The notes beneath the pieces were generated by a model. That model saw only the letters and a program-made list of their open reading frames with translations, searched no databases and was not told the origin of the DNA. A program made the translations under genes and the position numbers. DNA of 64,000 bases from positions 124,001-188,000 of the IMG/VR virus record IMGVR_UViG_3300023049_000005; one strand, given 5' to 3'. This document shows positions 58,899-64,000 of this stretch, piece by piece. Position 1 is the stretch's first letter. The number at the start of each line of letters is the position of its first letter.

Positions 58899-60087
58899 AC
58901 TTCTCGTAATTATATCCTCTCTTATCTAACCACTTTCTAGCGATTTCTAAATAATTTGTTTGTTTAGAAATCACATCTATAGCAGAATCAAAAGGATCTC
59001 TGTTATAGTTATACTTCGCCATAACAGCAGGGAAATACATGTTCTTATGATACTTTAATGCAAAAGACTTAACATCCCCCATTTCTAGAATATTATATAA
59101 ACTGTTGGTGTTATTAACGATTTCATTTAACTCAGTTCTTACTATATTTAAGATAGTGTTTATTCTATCAATAGTAATAGTTTCGTCCTTAGGTATCTCT
59201 CCTAACAAATCATCGATAGTACCATCAAGAATATACTTAATGATCATATTCTCACGTCTGATTTCATCTGTTAATAAACCATGACGAGATCTATACCATT
59301 CGTTCTTTATTTTGTAGAAGAAGTCATGTCCATTATCATCAATAGCATGGATAACATATCCCTCTTTGTTTTCGTCTGTTTCATTGATTTCTAACAAACG
59401 ATCCAAAGATTCGATATCTTCGAAATTGGCATACTCGATATTATTTTCATTTAGGATATCTAAATAATCATGTATATCTAAATACTTACCTGTCTTATTA
59501 TCCCTTAATTTCAATAAGATAAGTTTCTCTTCTTTATAGTTCAAAACTATCCTATTCCTTGGGGAAACATATTCAAATACTGCTACAATATTATTGTCTA
59601 AACAATAGTCAACAAAGTTTCTTACGCCTTCGTTTTTTTCATATAGTTTAGTAGTACCAATAGCCTGTGGGGAATCAAATCCCATCTTGGATTTCCCAAT
59701 TACTTTACCATTAGGTAGTCTAATAAAAGATGCTACAGAACCATCCTCTTTATTGTTGATGTATTTTATTTTGAGATGCTTTACATTTTCATATAAAGAT
59801 TCAGTAGTTTGGTTCAAGTTAAAGAATTTCTCTAACAATAAAAATCTATTATATAAAGTACCATCTTTATTGAAAACAAAACACAACCCTCTTAACTCTC
59901 TAGCATCATGACCTTCTATTCCCAAAGGGTTAAGAAAGTCCATATACTGAGCTAAACGATAATTGAATAAAGAAACGTTATAACCTTCGATCACATATTT
60001 ATTTTCATAAAATGTATTCTTTTCAAAGCTATTACATATCTTCACACATTCATCGTAAGATGGTAAATATGTTCTGTGAGTTTTCAT
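58885..60087 (-). CDS. RNA ligase 1 (T4 Rnl1/RnlA family)
   Basis: 'RELRGLCF', 'EKFFNLN', motif I KEDGS, FEYVSP.NRIV, EGYV, YKIKNEWY. Confidence 0.9.
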   Translation of the reverse strand: MKTHRTYLPSYDECVKICNSFEKNTFYENKYVIEGYNVSLFNYRLAQYMDFLNPLGIEGHDARELRGLCFVFNKDGTLYNRFLLLEKFFNLNQTTESLYENVKHLKIKYINNKEDGSVASFIRLPNGKVIGKSKMGFDSPQAIGTTKLYEKNEGVRNFVDYCLDNNIVAVFEYVSPRNRIVLNYKEEKLILLKLRDNKTGKYLDIHDYLDILNENNIEYANFEDIESLDRLLEINETDENKEGYVIHAIDDNGHDFFYKIKNEWYRSRHGLLTDEIRRENMIIKYILDGTIDDLLGEIPKDETITIDRINTILNIVRTELNEIVNNTNSLYNILEMGDVKSFALKYHKNMYFPAVMAKYNYNRDPFDSAIDVISKQTNYLEIARKWLDKRGYNYEKYEYS

Positions 60088-60108
60088 AGATACAAAGGTA
60101 AGAATTAT

Positions 60109-60840
60109 TTACCATTTTCCTAATTCTTTTTCAACGTTATTATCATATAATATCTCACCTGTTTTTACCCAATGATTCCAATTATCTCGTAAACCATCAT
60201 GTTTATAGTGTAGAACAGAACCATTATTTCTTTCGATATAAGACATTATAGATTCTGCATAAATACTAAAATGATTATATGTGTTATCTCCACAACCACA
60301 TGCAGTAGAAGAACCATTATTAAATTCCCATGTAAGTGGTATCAGATCACATTTTGGACAAGGTAGCCAAATATGGGGGGTTTTAACAGCTTTATACGAA
60401 TCGATACAATTATAATTCTTTCTTAGTGATTTGATTTTTTCTTGTTTCTTTGCTTCTTTATTCTTCTTTTTGATATTCCTAAAGTATTCTATTAATCTTG
60501 GATCAGTAATACCACCTTTCCCGTTATTAAAATCCACTTCACCTTCCATCATTTTGATGAAAGCCTTAGGGGATAAGTGATGTAACTTATATGTACTTAT
60601 TGAAGACATATTTTCTATTTCATTCTTTATTTGATAAGAAACATTTTGTCTGAAATAAGCATACTTTAAATCAGTAGTAGTTAAAAGGGTTTTTCTATCC
60701 ATTAAGAATCTATTCTCTTCCTTTTCTTCGCCTAATATGTCATCAATAACATTGTTTCTTTCCTTGACTTTATCAGTTATTTCGACGTAATAATAGTCTC
60801 TATCACCTAATAATTTATATTCAGATAAATTTATTTTCAT
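60109..60840 (-). CDS. Hypothetical protein with C-terminal Cys-rich domain
   Basis: WLPCPKC...ACGC; N-part has RNNVIDDIL motif. Confidence 0.65.
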   Translation of the reverse strand: MKINLSEYKLLGDRDYYYVEITDKVKERNNVIDDILGEEKEENRFLMDRKTLLTTTDLKYAYFRQNVSYQIKNEIENMSSISTYKLHHLSPKAFIKMMEGEVDFNNGKGGITDPRLIEYFRNIKKKNKEAKKQEKIKSLRKNYNCIDSYKAVKTPHIWLPCPKCDLIPLTWEFNNGSSTACGCGDNTYNHFSIYAESIMSYIERNNGSVLHYKHDGLRDNWNHWVKTGEILYDNNVEKELGKW

Positions 60841-60876
60841 AGTAACAACAAAAGTAAGAAAAATTATATATACTAT

Positions 60877-61374
60877 ATGGCAAATGAGAAAAAATTAGTA
60901 TGGTCTACTGAGAATGTTAAGGAAGCTGAACAAAAATTAGACGAAGGTATAATACTTAAAGGTTATGAAATACCGTTTTTTGATAAAATCCCAGGTCTGA
61001 AGAAGTCGAATCTAGCATTTAAAGTAACAGAAGAAGAACTTAATGAATACATGAAATGTAAAGTAGATATCAGATACTTTATAGCTAATTACTGTTATAT
61101 TAAGTCAGAGGATGGTGATTATCATTTAATGAAGCTAAGAGATTATCAACATGATGTAATTGACTTATATGATAAGAATCCATTGAGTATACTTATGGCA
61201 TCGAGACAAATTGGTAAGTGTGTTGATCCATTAACAGAAGTTAAAATCATCGATAAGACTGATAACAATTATATTATGCCTTTTTTTAGATTATTATATA
61301 AATCTAAAGTATCTAAAACAATATATGATCACATAAAATATGTGTTATATTCATTATTATATAAACTATCTTAG
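60877..61374 (+). CDS. Terminase large subunit N-fragment fused to a split-intein N-part
   Basis: gp17-like 'EYMKC...YFI.NYCYI...LRDYQ...SRQIGK' then intein block A 'CVDPLTEVKI' from 61219; stop after 51 aa. Confidence 0.8.
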   Translation: MANEKKLVWSTENVKEAEQKLDEGIILKGYEIPFFDKIPGLKKSNLAFKVTEEELNEYMKCKVDIRYFIANYCYIKSEDGDYHLMKLRDYQHDVIDLYDKNPLSILMASRQIGKCVDPLTEVKIIDKTDNNYIMPFFRLLYKSKVSKTIYDHIKYVLYSLLYKLS

Positions 61375-61551
61375 TTTTTCGTTCTCAAAACCACCCTTAG
61401 TATATCCACTTACACCAATAACCCTATATTTATTGGGATATAGTTCGTCCAAACGTTCAATAGCCTTAGTTATATTTTCCGCTTCTACAAAGAACTGAGA
61501 GTTTTGGTCTTTCTTATTGTTCGGCATAAGAGCTAATATCAATTTTTCCAT
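61366..61551 (-). CDS. Hypothetical small protein
   Basis: 61 aa; TATATTTG box immediately upstream. Confidence 0.6.
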   Translation of the reverse strand: MEKLILALMPNNKKDQNSQFFVEAENITKAIERLDELYPNKYRVIGVSGYTKGGFENEKLR

Positions 61552-61588
61552 GATACAAATATAATTATTTAACGTGAGAAATACTTAC

Positions 61589-61669
61589 TTATATTAATAT
61601 TTTAGGAAAAATAGGTATTATCGTGGAAAAATAGGTAATTATATTAACATTTGGTGAAAAGTAGGTAAT
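61589..61669. repeat. Short direct repeats in divergent intergenic region
   Basis: GGAAAAATAGGTA at 61605 and 61625, GAAAAGTAGGTA at 61656; TTATATTAA(T/C)ATTT twice. Confidence 0.6.
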
Positions 61670-61708
61670 ATGTATTAAACAATTTCATTACTTTCTAATA
61701 TATTGTAC

Positions 61709-63397
61709 ATGATAATAAAAGAACTTTCAATCAGAAACTTTAAATCGTTTGGTAATAACCAACAATCTATATCCTTAAAAGACGAAGGAAACCTAATCCT
61801 TTTATCGGGAGTTAATGGCTCAGGTAAATCTAGTTTAATGGATAGCTTCGATTATGTATTTTATAATACAGTTAAGGGTAAGAAAGCAAAGAAAGTAAAA
61901 CTATCTTCTTTACCTAATAGAATAAATGGCAATCTGGAAAACACAGTTGAATTCCTATCTGATGATGGGACAGAGGTTAAAATAGTTAGAGGATATAAGC
62001 CTAATAAACTAGAGCTATACGAAAATGGAGTATTGAACCAAAGAGCAGGTAAGAGTAAATTAGAGGCTTTAATAGAGAACTATATCGGTATCGACTATGA
62101 AACATTTAAATCATTCATATCGATGTCTATAAATGATTTCAAGAACTTCATTGCACTTTCTAGTGAGGATAAAAGATTATTATTAGATAAGTTATTTAAC
62201 TTAGAGGTGATTAACGTACTTAATAAAATATTAAATAAACTAATATCAGATAATAAGAAAGATCTAGAAGTTACTGATAGAGAAATTAATATCATTGAAG
62301 AAAATATAGATAATATTAAAGGTAGTATTGATAAAGTTAAAAGCTCTAAAGAAGAAGATCTGTCTAATAAAATAGGATTACTTACTGAGAAAATGGAGTC
62401 ACTTAAAGATCCATTCGTGGAAGTAAAAGAAAAACTAAAGAAGATCGAAGAAAAGAAAAGAACTATTAAAGAACAAGTAGATGGCGAAAGAACTACTTTA
62501 ATAGAAACTAAAAGTGAGATCAAACAAATAGATAGACAGTTAGAACTTTTTGATAACGATCAATGTCCTACTTGTCAAACCGATTTATCAGGAGATTTCC
62601 ACCAAGGACTAAAGAAAACTTATTTAGAGAAGAAAGAAAAATTTGAGGAAATAACCAAAGAAGTTACATCTAAGGGAAAGAAGTTGAATGAGCAGGTTAA
62701 GAAGTTAGATGAATTAGCACAGAAAGGTAATACGAAATACAATGAAATGAATTCTGATCTTAAAAGCCTTAGTAGAGATAAACAAGAACTTTTAAGGAAG
62801 CAAGGAGAAGAAAAAGATAATGATTTAGAAGAATTCTATGAATCAGTTAAAAAATTAGAAGCTAAAAGAGAAGACAGAAAAGATAAGAAAAGTGAATATG
62901 AAGATAAGACTACTTATCATAAGTATCTAAAATCAGTATTTTCTGATAACGGTGTGAAGAAATCTATTATCAATAATATAGTAGAGCCTATTAATCATTA
63001 TATTCAAGATAATATCCAAAAGATGCACTTACCTTTTGAAGTAAACCTAGACGATAGCTTTACTGCAGAGATAACTTCCTTTGGTGAAGAAATCGATACT
63101 GAAACTCTTTCTACGGGTGAAACTAGAAAGATTAATATCGCTATTATGGTAGCTTATCTAAGGTTGATCAGAACGAAAAGACAGATTAATATCTTATTCT
63201 TAGATGAAGTGTTTTCTTCAATTGATGTAGAAAGTATCGATAGTGTGATTGCATTGTTAAGAGATCTAGCTAATGAAAGTAAGATTAATATATTCTTAGT
63301 ACACCACTCTACATTAGATTCTAATAAATTTGACAAAGTGATTAAGGTAGAAAAGAATGTCTTTACTACTTTAGAAGAAGTTGATATATCTTCTTAG
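61709..63397 (+). CDS. Recombination endonuclease subunit (T4 gp46 / SbcC-Rad50 ATPase)
   Basis: Walker A GVNGSGKS, zinc hook CPTC, signature LSTGE, Walker B LFLDE. Confidence 0.92.
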   Translation: MIIKELSIRNFKSFGNNQQSISLKDEGNLILLSGVNGSGKSSLMDSFDYVFYNTVKGKKAKKVKLSSLPNRINGNLENTVEFLSDDGTEVKIVRGYKPNKLELYENGVLNQRAGKSKLEALIENYIGIDYETFKSFISMSINDFKNFIALSSEDKRLLLDKLFNLEVINVLNKILNKLISDNKKDLEVTDREINIIEENIDNIKGSIDKVKSSKEEDLSNKIGLLTEKMESLKDPFVEVKEKLKKIEEKKRTIKEQVDGERTTLIETKSEIKQIDRQLELFDNDQCPTCQTDLSGDFHQGLKKTYLEKKEKFEEITKEVTSKGKKLNEQVKKLDELAQKGNTKYNEMNSDLKSLSRDKQELLRKQGEEKDNDLEEFYESVKKLEAKREDRKDKKSEYEDKTTYHKYLKSVFSDNGVKKSIINNIVEPINHYIQDNIQKMHLPFEVNLDDSFTAEITSFGEEIDTETLSTGETRKINIAIMVAYLRLIRTKRQINILFLDEVFSSIDVESIDSVIALLRDLANESKINIFLVHHSTLDSNKFDKVIKVEKNVFTTLEEVDISS

Positions 63398-63431
63398 TTT
63401 GAGGGAAACAGATTATTATAATAAATAATCT

Positions 63432-63710
63432 ATGAATCTCTACCGAATCAAAAGAAAAAGCGATAATAAGTATTATAGGAACAGATCTAGGTTTACTAAA
63501 TACGGAACTTACTTTAGATTAGAACAATTACAGAAAAATCTACATTGGGTTCTAAAGAATTATGATAAAGCAGATTTAGAAATAAAAATTTATCATATAA
63601 AAGATGGTGGTGGATTAGAGTTATCTGATCAGACTGATAAAGATGATGTATTAAAGATGATTAATAGAGATAACTTTATAGAAGAAATATTAAGAAATGA
63701 TGAAACTTGA
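63432..63710 (+). CDS. Hypothetical protein with C-terminal RDNFIEEIL motif
   Basis: 92-aa ORF. Confidence 0.7.
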   Translation: MNLYRIKRKSDNKYYRNRSRFTKYGTYFRLEQLQKNLHWVLKNYDKADLEIKIYHIKDGGGLELSDQTDKDDVLKMINRDNFIEEILRNDET

Positions 63711-64000
63711 AGTAGATTATTATAAAACACTAGGTTTAAGTTTTGACTTCACACCTAAAGACCTCAAAAAGAGTTATAGAGATTTATCTAAGTTATACCA
63801 TCCTGATAAGAATTCGGGAGAAGAGGCTTCAGGTAAGTTCAAAATAATAAACGAAGGATATAAGATGTTCTCTAATGAAGAATTAAGAGAACAATATGAT
63901 AATGAAAGTAAGTTCGGAAGAAGTTATGATCCTACATTAGAACTATTGAATTTCGAATTTTCTAATTCAAATGTAGCATCCACTAACGTAGTAGATAAGA
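63697..64000 (+). CDS. J-domain (DnaJ-family) protein, truncated by window edge
   Basis: MMKLEVDYYKTLGL...KKSYRDLSKLYHPDKN. Confidence 0.85.
   Translation, partial: MMKLEVDYYKTLGLSFDFTPKDLKKSYRDLSKLYHPDKNSGEEASGKFKIINEGYKMFSNEELREQYDNESKFGRSYDPTLELLNFEFSNSNVASTNVVDK

Noticed and set aside
61372-61445. Stop read-through continuing the TerL intein
   Set aside because: Sequence after the TAG is the antisense of a small gene, hits another stop after about 22 codons, and shows no intein motifs.
1-64000. Alternative genetic code (TAG or TGA reassignment) as seen in some large phages
   Set aside because: Very long ORFs are open in code 11, several clear genes end in TAG (e.g. gp46 at 63397) or TGA, and no suppressor tRNA is present in the window.

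Overview
Very AT-rich, densely coded segment of a large T4-like (jumbo myovirus-type) bacteriophage genome, standard genetic code. The host is probably in Bacteroidota: TAnnTTTG promoter boxes recur and Shine-Dalgarno sites are generally absent. Virion genes include a gp19-like tail tube, baseplate hub/chaperone pair, tape-measure-like protein, a 2199-aa baseplate protein, a 3948-aa repeat tail fibre with a peptidase S74 domain, and a LamG protein. DNA metabolism and packaging genes include UvsX, RuvC-like, gp46/SbcC, a TerS-like gene and an intein-split TerL N-fragment. The window also carries an unusually complete translation/tRNA toolkit: bS21, YqeY, DnaJ, Rnl1 RNA ligase, a minimal LeuRS, 15 tRNA or tRNA-like genes with anticodons plus one larger tRNA-like RNA, and a compact RNase P RNA. 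Main discovery: both main tRNA loci sit behind classical ribosome-dependent transcription attenuators (leader peptide, antiterminator, terminator) whose leader codons match the tRNAs downstream. A UUA-rich leader precedes tRNA-Leu(UAA). A leader whose sensor region uses only N/L/I/T/C/V/M precedes a cluster encoding exactly Asn/Leu/Ile/Thr/Cys/Val/Met tRNAs. The phage therefore appears to sense shortage of specific charged tRNAs and switch on its own copies. All protein and RNA family calls come from motif recognition by eye; no database searches were run.
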